A stretch of DNA of 64,000 nt from an uncultured Gemmatimonadaceae bacterium (GTDB lineage: Bacteria; Gemmatimonadota; Gemmatimonadetes; Gemmatimonadales; Gemmatimonadaceae). This document shows, piece by piece, positions 38,458-48,289 of this stretch. Below the pieces are notes generated by a model. The model was not told where the DNA came from, did no database searches, and saw nothing but the letters and a program-made list of their open reading frames with translations. Within the stretch, counting starts at the first letter, position 1, and each line of letters opens with the position of its first letter. A program made the translations under genes and the position numbers. Location of the stretch: assembly GCA_963817955.1 (NCBI GenBank), contig CAWFQK010000005.1:156709-220708 (forward strand). Reading direction: 5' to 3'.

Positions 38458-40620
38458 CTACACCTTCATCGCCGCCTTCACACGCTCCGACGTCATCGGC
38501 AACTGCACCACTCTCGCGCCCACCGCGTCGAATACCGCGTTTGCCACCAGCGCTCCCATCAGGATGATCGCCGGCTCTCCGCCTCCCTGTGGTGGTTGAT
38601 CCGAATCGAGGATCACGGTTTCCATCTTCGGCACCATCGAGAAGCGCGGGATGTCGTACGTGTCGAAGTTCGTGTCGAGCAGCGCGCCGTTCTTGAAGTG
38701 GATCTCCTCGCCAAGGGTATAGCCGAGTCCCATGGTGATGCACCCTTCCATCTGCTGAATGGCGCCCTCAGGGTTGATGACAATTCCCATATCCTGGGCG
38801 CACGCGACGCGAACGACCTTCACGTCGCCGGTGCTCTTGTCCACCTTCACTTCGGCAATGGCCGCCACGGACGTGCCGGCGTCCTCACCGCACGCAACGC
38901 CATAGCCGCGGCCACTCGGCCCCGCTTTCGGCGTCCAGCCGAATTGCTTGGCCGCGGCCTCGAGCACGCGCCGCATGCGCGGGTTGGTGAGATTCTTCAG
39001 GCGAAACTCGACCGGGTCCATGCCGGCCTTCACGGCCAGCATGTCGATGTGCGACTCGCGCGCGTACACGTTGGCGTTGGCACCCGGCGCGCGCCACGGC
39101 CCAACGCCAAAGGGATGCATGCCGGCGGGATTGCCACCCATCGCGCCGCCGCGGATGGTGGTGCGATGGTTCGGGATGTCGTAGAAGACCGCGGAGCCGC
39201 GGGCGCCCGGGCCGACGACCACGTTGTCCCAGAAGACTATCTGTTTCGCAGCATCCAGACCCGCGCGAATCTTGAAGACGCAGGCAGGATCAAAGGTGTC
39301 GAATAAGAATTCTTCCTCGCGACTCCACACCACTCGCACGGGTGTGCCGGCGGCCATGGCAAGGCGCGCGGCTTCCAGTCCCTGGGCGCTCGAGCTCTTG
39401 CCGCCGAATCCGCCGCCGATGTACGGCGTGATGACGCGCACCTTGTCCACCGGAAGGTTGAGAGCGCGCGCAACCTGCGCCTTCAGCGGGAAAGGCGTCT
39501 GCGTTCCTGCCCATACGGTGACCTTGCCGTCCACGACTTGTGCGACCGCCGAGTGCGTCTCCATGGGCGAGTGCGCGACGTAGCCTTTGCGGTACGTCTG
39601 CTCGACGATCTGCGCCGCCGCCTTTTCGCCTCCCACGACATCCCCAACGCCGGTCGGCCGTCCTTCGGGCGCGGTCGTGGTGAGATGGTCGAAGATGTTC
39701 TCGTCGGTGAGCGTCGACGGCGAGGGAGTCCACGTGGCCTTGATCAGGGCGAGCGCCCGCGTCGCCTCGTCGCGATGGGCGTGCAGCACGGCAATGAGAT
39801 CGCCGTCGCGCACCACCCGCACGCCTGGTAATGCCGCGGCAGCCGATGTGTCGGCGTTGATGAGCGTCGCGCCGTACGCGGGCGCGCGAAGAATGCGCGC
39901 ATGCAATGCACCACGCGGGATGATATCCCCCGCGTACTTCGCCTTGCCGGTCACCTTCTCGACCGCGTCGCGACGAGGCGCCGACGTTCCGATGACGGTG
40001 AATGCCTTCACGTTCTTGAGAACCGCTTGTCCGTCGACGCGTCGCTCGATCTTCTTGCCCGCGGTCAACTGGCCATAGCTGACGTGCGCGTTGCGGTCGG
40101 TCTTCGAGACGACCACGCCGTCGCGAACGTCGAGCTGGTCAGCGGGAACGTGCAGATGCTCGGCGGCCATCTGTACCAACACGCGGCGGGCCTCAGCGGA
40201 CGCGGCGCGAAGGGTGGGGCCGAACATGCGAATGCTGAGCGATCCGAAGGTACCACCATCTGTTGGACAGAGGTCGGTGTCTCCCAACACGATGTCGATC
40301 GCGGTGAGTGCGACACCCAGCTCCTCGGCGACGAGCTGCGGGAGCGCCGTCATGATACCCTGGCCCATCTCGACCTTGCCGACCAGACAGGTGACGCGTC
40401 CGTCCGCGCCGATGTGCAGGAATGCGTTGAAGTCGATCGCGGCAGCTTGCTGGGCGTCGAGCGGCCCTCCGCCCACGACGCCGAGGAGTGGATCGAAGAC
40501 GCACGCCACGAGCAATCCAGTGCTCGTGAGTTTCAGGAACGCACGTCGGTCGATGGTGTGCATGAATCCCGATCCATCGGGAGCATCCAAGCCATTGGGC
40601 CCTTCGTTGTCGCGGCTCAC
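38458..40620 (-). CDS. Molybdopterin-binding subunit, isoquinoline 1-oxidoreductase beta/xanthine oxidase family, Tat signal (alternative start 40563)
   Basis: DRRAFLK Tat motif, KVEMGQG, GGGFGGK, WRAPG, GGGEP. GTG overlaps the upstream TGA. Confidence 0.9.
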   Translation of the reverse strand: MSRDNEGPNGLDAPDGSGFMHTIDRRAFLKLTSTGLLVACVFDPLLGVVGGGPLDAQQAAAIDFNAFLHIGADGRVTCLVGKVEMGQGIMTALPQLVAEELGVALTAIDIVLGDTDLCPTDGGTFGSLSIRMFGPTLRAASAEARRVLVQMAAEHLHVPADQLDVRDGVVVSKTDRNAHVSYGQLTAGKKIERRVDGQAVLKNVKAFTVIGTSAPRRDAVEKVTGKAKYAGDIIPRGALHARILRAPAYGATLINADTSAAAALPGVRVVRDGDLIAVLHAHRDEATRALALIKATWTPSPSTLTDENIFDHLTTTAPEGRPTGVGDVVGGEKAAAQIVEQTYRKGYVAHSPMETHSAVAQVVDGKVTVWAGTQTPFPLKAQVARALNLPVDKVRVITPYIGGGFGGKSSSAQGLEAARLAMAAGTPVRVVWSREEEFLFDTFDPACVFKIRAGLDAAKQIVFWDNVVVGPGARGSAVFYDIPNHRTTIRGGAMGGNPAGMHPFGVGPWRAPGANANVYARESHIDMLAVKAGMDPVEFRLKNLTNPRMRRVLEAAAKQFGWTPKAGPSGRGYGVACGEDAGTSVAAIAEVKVDKSTGDVKVVRVACAQDMGIVINPEGAIQQMEGCITMGLGYTLGEEIHFKNGALLDTNFDTYDIPRFSMVPKMETVILDSDQPPQGGGEPAIILMGALVANAVFDAVGARVVQLPMTSERVKAAMKV

Positions 40621-41093
40621 TTGGTACCTCCCACCACGGCGGCAGATGCACTCTCGATGGCGTCGACAATCCGGACCTGCGCGCCGCAGCGGCAGAGGTG
40701 CTGTTCCATCCCTTTCACGATCTCGGCGCGTGTGGGCGAGGCGTTCTTGATCAGCAACGCGTGCGCACCCATGATCATTCCACTGGTGCAGTAGCCGCAC
40801 TGGAAGCCGAGGTGCTTGACGAAGGCCGCCTGCACGGGGCTGAGACGATCGTCGTGCGCGAGTCCCTCGATGGTGACGATGCGCTTGCCGTTCACAGCCC
40901 GCATTGGTGTGGTGCAGGCATGGATGGCTTCGTCGTTCATCAGAACGGTGCAGGCGCCGCAGAACGACTCACCGCATCCGAACTTGGTGCCGGTGAAGCC
41001 GAGGTCGTCACGCAACACCCAGAGCAGGTTGCGGGTGTCGTCAACGGTGATGTTCTGCTGCACGCCATTGAGCGAGAAAGAAATGGGTGTCAT
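40617..41093 (-). CDS. (2Fe-2S)-binding small subunit (IorA/CoxS-like)
   Basis: GTKFGCGESFCGACTV, TIEGL, QCGYCTSG, LCRCG. Confidence 0.95.
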   Translation of the reverse strand: MTPISFSLNGVQQNITVDDTRNLLWVLRDDLGFTGTKFGCGESFCGACTVLMNDEAIHACTTPMRAVNGKRIVTIEGLAHDDRLSPVQAAFVKHLGFQCGYCTSGMIMGAHALLIKNASPTRAEIVKGMEQHLCRCGAQVRIVDAIESASAAVVGGTK

Positions 41094-41302
41094 CGTGGTG
41101 ATCGACGGGGGGGTACGTTCAGGATTCAGCCAGAGAACATGTAGCGGGGAGTCGCGCCTGAACAGGGGAATTCTCTGGTCTGTGTACAGGGGAACCCTCA
41201 GGCGAGTTCGACCGCTCGGCGACCACACGTCAGTCCGCACACCGTCCCGCCACATTGTACTCCTGCGCTCGGTTCACATTTCACTCGGACTCCCCGAAAC
41301 GT

Positions 41303-41827
41303 TCACCCTTCATCTTGGGTTCGCTCCTGCCGTTCTCCGCGCGGACTGGTCGTCTGCCCGCGCTGCTGCGACGCAACCCGGCGGAGCGCCGCCTCGAGCC
41401 GCGACACGTCCGTGAGGTCCTCCGGTCGCCCAGTCGCCCGCTTGTTCATCAGCAAGTGATGTATGCCGACAAAAGGAATATCGACGTCGCCAATCCGCGC
41501 GATCACCCGGTCCGGGTAGGCGTCGTCGAACTCGACGCCGTCAATGGCGGTCAGGATGTCGATGCGATTCGGCTCGACGCCGATCTGGGCCACGATCTCC
41601 GGGTCCAGCAAGTTCTCCATCGTCACGAGATCACTCGGCGCACCGAAGGCGGCGAGGGCGCGCAGCACGCTCTCAGCGTTCTCTGGAGAGCGGCGTACCC
41701 AGAAGTCCATGTCGCCCGTCGCTCGTGGGTAGCCATGATGCGCGACCGCGTAGCCGCCGACCACCAGGTACTTAACGGCGGCGCCGTTGAACTCGGACAA
41801 CATGTCGCGGAAGTCGGGATTCAGCAT
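41303..41827 (-). CDS. Minimal nucleotidyltransferase (DUF6036-like)
   Basis: YLVVGGYAVAHHGYPRATGDMDFWV, RIDILT, NKRATGRPED. Confidence 0.85.
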   Translation of the reverse strand: MLNPDFRDMLSEFNGAAVKYLVVGGYAVAHHGYPRATGDMDFWVRRSPENAESVLRALAAFGAPSDLVTMENLLDPEIVAQIGVEPNRIDILTAIDGVEFDDAYPDRVIARIGDVDIPFVGIHHLLMNKRATGRPEDLTDVSRLEAALRRVASQQRGQTTSPRGERQERTQDEG

Positions 41828-42014
41828 GCGATGCCTGGTTGGTGACGGCCCACGCGGACTGCGCCAGTGGCCACATCATGGCAATGCGCTCTTCCGGCGC
41901 CATAGCAAGGGTGTCTTGGCCGACAGCGTCGTCCAATCGCGAGATGACCCGCACGCGAAGACTCGCGCGCCGGGTGCGCTGCTCGTCAGCTATTGGGTCC
42001 GAAGAGGAGGACAT
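41772..42014 (-). CDS. Small hypothetical protein upstream of and overlapping the nucleotidyltransferase
   Basis: 80-aa ORF with MAPEERIAMMWPL...RLPRHVVRV and a basic tail. It overlaps the NTase start. Confidence 0.6.
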   Translation of the reverse strand: MSSSSDPIADEQRTRRASLRVRVISRLDDAVGQDTLAMAPEERIAMMWPLAQSAWAVTNQASHAESRLPRHVVRVQRRRR

Positions 42015-42099
42015 GCCAGAGGAACATAGGTGCCAGCGAGCGGTCCAAGAAAGACGAGAGTGTGCGACATCGGCAGTATACTCCCGAGCGCCCCAGAAA

Positions 42100-42462
42100 C
42101 TAACGCCATAACGGACCCGGGCAACCTGAGCCGGATCGAGCGCGGCCGCGCCGCGCCACCGCAAGATACGGAGGTGCTTGCCCGCTTGATCGAGGCGGTA
42201 GATCTCGCCGGGACGACCCGAGGGCAAGAGAGGTTTCTCGACGACGGTGCACTTCGGGCGCGGGCCGCTGCGTTTCTGAAGAAGTACCACCCAAGGAAAC
42301 CATCCCCGTGCCCATCGAAGAGATCGTCGAATTCGATCTGAGCAGGGACGTGATCCCGCTCGAGGGGGTTCAGGCAGCAGATCAACGCCGACGCGTTCCT
42401 GACGAACGATCTCGAGTACATCTACGTCGACGATTTTGTGGTCAAGCACGCGCCCGAGCGCC
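42100..42462 (+). pseudogene. Remnants of an XRE-HTH regulator and an ImmA/IrrE-type peptidase N-terminus
   Basis: DPGNLSRIERGRAAPP (XRE helix), then RAAAFLKKYHP / TIPVPIEEIVEFDLSRDVIPLEG / FRQQINADAFLTNDLEYIYVDDF in three successive frames. No HExxH follows. Confidence 0.65.
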
Positions 42463-42555
42463 CACCGGAGACTACGCACAGTGCCAGGGCCACGCCAAAC
42501 GCAATCGCCGTTCTGAGAAAAGCCATGTCACATCCTTAAACCACGCCGATCGCCG

Positions 42556-43248
42556 CTATCGATTCCCGCCCTTGAGCACGAACCCCGCGCCGACCAATGC
42601 CACGCCCGCGAAGAAGAACCACTGCAGCGCGTAGCTGAAGTGCGGCCCCTCATCCAACGGCGGCAGCGCCAACCGTGCCACACGGTCCGCCGCGTTGGCG
42701 CTATCGCCCAACGCCACCACATACAGCGGGGCTACGGGATACGGCAGCGCCTTTGCCACGACGCTGTACGACAGGTGCGCAAGGATCTGCGGTCGGCCAG
42801 TAAAGGCGGAGCCGCCGGACGACGGGAACTCGTCGACGTACCCTACGAACACGGAATCCCGGTCGTGCCACCTGGCCAGGTTCGCGGTGGCACCGTCAGG
42901 GGTGTACACCCAGCCACGATTGACGATGATCGCCGTATCGGTGCCCGGAAAGCGAATGGGTGTGAGGATGTTCACGCCCGGCGACCCCTTGTATGATCGT
43001 GCCGCGAAGATCAGCTCGTGCGTGTAATCCGGGATGCCGGTGACGCGGGCGCGACGGAAGCGTGCCGCCGCGGTGTCCCGCGGCAGTGCGTGGACGTCGA
43101 CGGCGGCGGCGTTGAAGCGCGACGAGATGAGCGCATTGCGCGCTCGCCGTTCACTTAGCCGATGGAGTTGCCAGACCCCGAGCCGGATGAACAGCGCCGC
43201 GGCAGCCACGGCGGCCAACACGAACAGGCGAATTTTGAGCTTGCTCAC
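42556..43248 (-). CDS. SURF1 family protein
   Basis: LGVWQLHR, VNRGWV, HFSYALQWFFF. Confidence 0.92.
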   Translation of the reverse strand: MSKLKIRLFVLAAVAAAALFIRLGVWQLHRLSERRARNALISSRFNAAAVDVHALPRDTAAARFRRARVTGIPDYTHELIFAARSYKGSPGVNILTPIRFPGTDTAIIVNRGWVYTPDGATANLARWHDRDSVFVGYVDEFPSSGGSAFTGRPQILAHLSYSVVAKALPYPVAPLYVVALGDSANAADRVARLALPPLDEGPHFSYALQWFFFAGVALVGAGFVLKGGNR

Positions 43249-43282
43249 CGGCGGGCTCGGCTGCGCTGGCTAGGGTGGTTCA

Positions 43283-44092
43283 CTAGAAAAGACTCATCTG
43301 CTCGCCGAGCTGTTCCGGATCGACGGCAGTCTGACCGAGCAGACGCTGCAGATCGCGCGCCGACGCCGGCGAATGTCCGGCAAAGTGGTTGTTGATGTAA
43401 CCGAACACTTCGCGTCCCTTATCCAGGTATGGCCAGAGCAGGCTTGCCCAGGATTCCAATTCGCGGCGGCGGTCGATCTGAATGCGCGAGTAGTCGACGA
43501 GGCCCCGATCGGCGCCCATCCAGCGGATGTAGAGAAAATCGGCCGTCGGGCGTTCGACTAGCGCCATCATCTGTTTGCGGTTGAGCCAGCGTCCGTGGCT
43601 CAGCGCCAGCGCAATGTTGTGCTCGGCGAGCAGCGCGAGCATTCCGTCGTGGATCCAGCCGTGCTGCCGAAATTCGATGGCGAACCGCATGTCCCGCGGA
43701 AGCTTTGGAAGCAACTGGGCCACGGCCGGCAGTTCTGTGGGGCCGAAATCTGGGCCGAGCTGGATGAGAATTGGACCGAGCTTGTCGCCCAGCTCCCGAG
43801 CCGTATCGAAGAACTCGGCAATCAGGTCGTCGGCATTCCGCAGACGGTGCTCGTGCGTGATCTCCTGCGGCATCTTCAGCGCGAACAGGAAATCGGCAGG
43901 CGTCCGCTGCGCCCAGTCGCGAACCGTCTTGACTGCAGGGATCGCATAGAAGGTGGAGTCCACCTCTACGGTATCGAATGCCCGCGCATACACGGTCAGA
44001 AAATCGGCGGGCCGAGTCCGTCGCGGGTAGAACGGTCCCACCCACGCGTCGTAGTTCCAGCCTTGTGTGCCGATGCGGATACGTGCAGACAT
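43283..44092 (-). CDS. DUF72 family protein
   Basis: IGTQGWNY..W.G.FYP, VEVDSTFY, FALK.PQEITH, AIEFR, YINNHFAG. Confidence 0.92.
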   Translation of the reverse strand: MSARIRIGTQGWNYDAWVGPFYPRRTRPADFLTVYARAFDTVEVDSTFYAIPAVKTVRDWAQRTPADFLFALKMPQEITHEHRLRNADDLIAEFFDTARELGDKLGPILIQLGPDFGPTELPAVAQLLPKLPRDMRFAIEFRQHGWIHDGMLALLAEHNIALALSHGRWLNRKQMMALVERPTADFLYIRWMGADRGLVDYSRIQIDRRRELESWASLLWPYLDKGREVFGYINNHFAGHSPASARDLQRLLGQTAVDPEQLGEQMSLF

Positions 44093-44197
44093 GGCATGGA
44101 ATCGGTACACATGCGTCAGTCACGTCAAGTGTAGAACGGCCGGGGACGGTCCTGTTTTTGCGCGCTTTCTGGGTGTCCATCTCCGAGGTTGGGAAGA

Positions 44198-44794
44198 ATG
44201 AGGAGCAGAAACGATCGGTCCGGCGAATCCACTGACTCACGCATCGAGCGCACGAAAGACGTTGCGCTGGGCGCACACCACTCCGACCCGACTCTGGGCG
44301 ACGAGCTGGGTGAAGCGACCGGCGGCATCACTGGCGTGCTCGTGGGGGCCGGCATCGGATCGGCCGCCGGTCCGGTTGGAACGGTGATCGGCGGCATCGC
44401 CGGCGCGCTCGGCGGATGGTGGGCCGGACGAGCGGTGGCCGAGGCAGCCAGCTCGCTCACGAACGAAGACGAGATGTACTTCCGACAGCACTACGACAGG
44501 CAGCCCTCTCGCCCGGCCGACCGAGCCTACGACGACGTCCGGCCGGCGTACTACCTCGGTCAGATAGCCAGTCACAACCCGAATTTCACGGCGCGCCAGT
44601 TCGAGGCAGTAGAACCAGAGCTCGAGCGCGGCTGGGCGTCGTACGGTGACAAGTACGGCACGTGGAAGACAGTGCGCGAGTATGCAGCTGAGGGGTTCTC
44701 GCGTGGCCGGTCACGGCTGGATGATGCCGCGCGGAAAGCGAGGGCAAAGGAGGAGGGGAGGACGGAAGGGGAGCGGGATGAGACGAGGCGATGA
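44198..44794 (+). CDS. Glycine-zipper hypothetical protein
   Basis: GGITGVLVGAGIGSAAGPVGTVIGGIAGALGG, then YFRQHY...YDDVRPAY..G. Confidence 0.75.
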   Translation: MRSRNDRSGESTDSRIERTKDVALGAHHSDPTLGDELGEATGGITGVLVGAGIGSAAGPVGTVIGGIAGALGGWWAGRAVAEAASSLTNEDEMYFRQHYDRQPSRPADRAYDDVRPAYYLGQIASHNPNFTARQFEAVEPELERGWASYGDKYGTWKTVREYAAEGFSRGRSRLDDAARKARAKEEGRTEGERDETRR

Positions 44795-44798
44795 AATG

Positions 44799-44927
44799 AG
44801 ACACGAGACACGGTGTTGGGACACGGGACACGAGACAACGAGACACGGGACAACTGCTAACGCATAACGCGGTGTCTCGTGTCTCGTGTCCCCTTCCCGT
44901 GTCCCGTGTCCCGTGTCTCGTGTCCCA
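44799..44927. repeat. Inverted pair of G(A/G)GACAC heptamer arrays
   Basis: GAGACAC/GGGACAC runs at 44799-44853 face GTGTCTC/GTGTCCC runs at 44872-44927. Confidence 0.9.
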
Positions 44928-46413
44928 CATACGTCTCAAAGAACCCCGCCCCCGTTCCGTTGATCGGCTTGCCCCCCACGCGGCCGGTGATCGTCATTAG
45001 GCCCTTCATCTGCACGAAGTAGGGGCGCGCGAGGGTACGGGCGCTCAGGCCTTTGCCGCGCTCCGGGCCGGGGCGTCTGGTATCGGTGGCGGTCGCGTCC
45101 TCGATCGTCAGGTCTATGCGGAGGGTGTCGTCGCCGCGCACGTCGACCATCGTGGCGCGCGACGGGACGTTGATCGTCTGGCCGCCGACTCGCAGCACGC
45201 GAGTGTCTTGATATTGAATTTCTCGCGGGCGGAACAGCGCGAGAAAGCCGAGCGAGTCGACGGCATAGACGAAGAGCGGCTGGGAGGCAGCGGTGCTATC
45301 GGCCGGTTGCACGCGTCCGTACAGCACGGTGTACGGACCGGCACGGGCCGCGCCCCACTCCCACGTCACGCCGCGCCACACTCCCCAGTTGTGATCGTGA
45401 TACGACTGCGCGCGCGCGTATTCGTCGCACTGGCCATCCACGCAGATGGACCCGGTGGCGTCTGCGCGCAACGCTGGCACCACATAGCCGGACACCATCT
45501 CGCCGCTCGACAACTCCGACCCCGGAAAGTATGCCCCTGGGGCCGGCGCGACGATCAGGTCTACGACGACGGATCCGGAGCCGCCCTCCTCGCTGGCCCG
45601 CGCTCGCACGGCGTACCGTCCGTCGGCCAACACGCTGACGCTCGACGTACCGATCGCCAGATCGGCGCTCCGCGTGGAGAAGCGCACCGCGGTGGAAGGA
45701 AGGTTCGCCGTGAACTTGCGCGACTTCCCGCCCTGCTCGTGCAAGGTGACGAGTACTTGCCCGCCCCACTGCCCCGCTGGTACCGCACCGCCCACGATGA
45801 ATGACATGAACGCCCACTTCAAGCGGTCCGGCGACAGCACATTGAAGTAGTGCCATTCCGCCCATGTGGGATCGCCGCGGGCTTCCGCGGGGGGCAGATG
45901 GAAATGATCGATTGCCTGCGCCAGCTCGTCCGGCTGTGGATCGCGCCAGGCGCGATCGAGTCCGTCGTCGCTCCAATCACCCACCAGCTCGGGCATCGCG
46001 CCCACGGCGGTGGTGCGCGACGGGATCTCGCCGCTCGCCATCACCGCGACCTCGCGCCCTTTGAGTGTTCGCGCATACAACAGCTTGCCTTCGATCTGCG
46101 GCGCCACCGCGGCAATCTCCGGGCGCAGCCTGGGCGCCGCGAGTAGCTGACCGTAGATGAAGCGGGCATGGTCGATGGAGAAGAACATGCCGCCCAGCCC
46201 TCCGGTCTTCATCACCTCGATGTCGATCCCTTCCGGCAACACGGTCACGTCTCCCCCGCCCACGAGCTTCTCGTCGCGTGCCTGCGAGAGCAGCGCACTG
46301 CCCACCGAGAGCAGCACGATCATCACCGCCACGCCTAGGCTGTAGCCGAACAGCAGAAACAGCGTTCGCCACGGCCGCAGCACGAGATTGCGCAAGGCAA
46401 GCAGCTCGATCAT
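44857..46413 (-). CDS. ABC permease N-terminal segment fused to an AttH/lipocalin-like domain
   Basis: LALRNLVLRPWRT plus one TM helix, then WAEWHYFN, YHDHNWG, WEW, GFFETY. Confidence 0.75.
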   Translation of the reverse strand: MIELLALRNLVLRPWRTLFLLFGYSLGVAVMIVLLSVGSALLSQARDEKLVGGGDVTVLPEGIDIEVMKTGGLGGMFFSIDHARFIYGQLLAAPRLRPEIAAVAPQIEGKLLYARTLKGREVAVMASGEIPSRTTAVGAMPELVGDWSDDGLDRAWRDPQPDELAQAIDHFHLPPAEARGDPTWAEWHYFNVLSPDRLKWAFMSFIVGGAVPAGQWGGQVLVTLHEQGGKSRKFTANLPSTAVRFSTRSADLAIGTSSVSVLADGRYAVRARASEEGGSGSVVVDLIVAPAPGAYFPGSELSSGEMVSGYVVPALRADATGSICVDGQCDEYARAQSYHDHNWGVWRGVTWEWGAARAGPYTVLYGRVQPADSTAASQPLFVYAVDSLGFLALFRPREIQYQDTRVLRVGGQTINVPSRATMVDVRGDDTLRIDLTIEDATATDTRRPGPERGKGLSARTLARPYFVQMKGLMTITGRVGGKPINGTGAGFFETYVGHETRDTGHGKGTRDTRHRVMR

Positions 46414-47105
46414 GCGCCGTCCTGCCGGCGATCGTCCACCACCAGCCCGTCGCGCATGTGGACGACGCGCTTCGCGGCCCGCGCCAGATTCTCGTCGTGT
46501 GTCACGACGAGGAGCGTTGTCCCGTCGTGGTTCACTTGCGACAGCAGCGCGATCATCTCGGTGCCGGTCTGTGCGTCGAGCTCGCCGGTCGGTTCGTCGG
46601 CAAGCAAGAGCTGCGGTTTGTTCGCCAGCGCGCGGGCAAGGGCCACCCGCTGCTGCTCGCCGCCGGAGAGCTGCGCGGGACGGTGATCGCGGCGGGCACC
46701 GAGCCCCACGTAGGCCAGCAGCTCCCGGGCACGTTGCACGCGCTGCGCCGACGCCATCTGGGCCTCGGCCATGGGCAATTCAACGTTCTCCAATGCGGTG
46801 AGCGCCGGCATGAGATAGAAGCGTTGGAACACGAAACCGATGTGCAGCAGGCGAAAGCGCGTGGCCTGCGCATCGCGCAGGTGGTCGATGCGCACGCCGT
46901 CGATCGTCACGGCGCCCGCCGTGGGACGATCGATGCCGCCGAGCAGATTGAGCATGGTGGACTTGCCGCAGCCGGACGGGCCGACGACCGCCACGGAGTC
47001 GCCGCGCGCGATGTCGAGCGTGACACCGCGCACGGCGTGCACGAGCTCCTCGCCCATGTGATACTCGCGCCGCAGGTCACGCGCCGAGAGGAGGACGTCG
47101 CTCAT
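46410..47105 (-). CDS. ABC transporter ATP-binding protein (LolD/MacB-like)
   Basis: GPSGCGKST, IGFVFQ, LSGGEQQRV, LADEPTGELD, VTHD. Confidence 0.95.
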   Translation of the reverse strand: MSDVLLSARDLRREYHMGEELVHAVRGVTLDIARGDSVAVVGPSGCGKSTMLNLLGGIDRPTAGAVTIDGVRIDHLRDAQATRFRLLHIGFVFQRFYLMPALTALENVELPMAEAQMASAQRVQRARELLAYVGLGARRDHRPAQLSGGEQQRVALARALANKPQLLLADEPTGELDAQTGTEMIALLSQVNHDGTTLLVVTHDENLARAAKRVVHMRDGLVVDDRRQDGA

Positions 47106-48289
47106 CCCACGGCCTCCTCGCGCAACGTGGGGGCGATGGGCATGGACGCTCCCCGCCAGGATGGATAGATGCCGGCGAGAATCCCGGCGACCGTGAGCAT
47201 GCCGAGCGCCGCCCATGCGTCACGCGGCTCGAACAGAAAGAAGTCGATGGCGGCCGGCAGTCCCGGGAACGATGCCAGGATGGAGTTGAGATATCGCGCC
47301 GTCGCCAGGCCAAGACCCAATCCCAGCAGCGCGCCAGCAACCATGATCGCGATGCCCTCGATCACGATCAGCAACACAACCCGGCTACGCACGACACCAA
47401 TGGCGCGCATCACAATGATCTCGCCGAGCCGCTCGTTCACGGACACGGTGACGAGTGTCGTCACGAGCAGAAAGCCTACGACCAGGCTCACCGCACCGAG
47501 AATGAACGCGAGCTGCCTGAAGTAGCTCAACCGCTGGTCCACCTGCCGCATGGCAGTCTCCGTAGACAATGCAGACACGCGAGGCAGCGCGCGCTCCAAG
47601 CGGTGCAACACGCTGTCGACGTTCGCGCCGTCTCTGGCTTTCACCATGAACAACGAGACGCGATCGGCGGCGCGCGGGCCCTGCATGGTCTGCAATGTCG
47701 CGAGCGGGAGCGCCACCACCTTCTGCTCGGCGGCCATGTAGAGAAAATGGGCGCGCGCCACGAGGCGCAGTGTGCGGCGGCCGGTGAAGGCGCGAAGCTG
47801 TGGGTCGTATCCCGCGGCAGCGGTCACCGTGTCGCCAATGCGCTTGCCACTGGCGCGGAGAAACGCGTCGCTGGCCACCAGATCCGCCGGCGCCGTCGGC
47901 GTGCGGCCTTGTGTGATCTCATAATCGCCCTGCACGGCGGGATCGCCGCCGATGGCCGTCGCGGTGATGGCGCGCCCTCCGATCGCAAAGTGCAGTTGGC
48001 CGCCGAGCACGGGGCTCACCGTCTGCACACCGGGAATGGTGTACAGGGTGCGCATCACACCGCTTGCGTCCGGAATGGTGGCGTCGGTGTCGAACGGCAA
48101 CGTCCCCTTTGGCGCGAGGCGCAATTGGAAGCCACGCGTGAGGAGCAGATTCTTGAAGGAGACACCCATGCCACTCGACAGCATGACCATGTCGAGCAGC
48201 ATGGCCGCGGATACGGCGACGCCGAGCACCGCGAGCAGCGTGCGGCTCCGATGCCGAGTGAGCGTGGCCCAGGCGAGACGGAAGAGCAT
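47102..48289 (-). CDS. MacB/FtsX-like ABC permease
   Basis: RTLLAVLGVAV, periplasmic domain, SVNERLGEI..MRAIG, YPSWR. Confidence 0.9.
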   Translation of the reverse strand: MLFRLAWATLTRHRSRTLLAVLGVAVSAAMLLDMVMLSSGMGVSFKNLLLTRGFQLRLAPKGTLPFDTDATIPDASGVMRTLYTIPGVQTVSPVLGGQLHFAIGGRAITATAIGGDPAVQGDYEITQGRTPTAPADLVASDAFLRASGKRIGDTVTAAAGYDPQLRAFTGRRTLRLVARAHFLYMAAEQKVVALPLATLQTMQGPRAADRVSLFMVKARDGANVDSVLHRLERALPRVSALSTETAMRQVDQRLSYFRQLAFILGAVSLVVGFLLVTTLVTVSVNERLGEIIVMRAIGVVRSRVVLLIVIEGIAIMVAGALLGLGLGLATARYLNSILASFPGLPAAIDFFLFEPRDAWAALGMLTVAGILAGIYPSWRGASMPIAPTLREEAVG

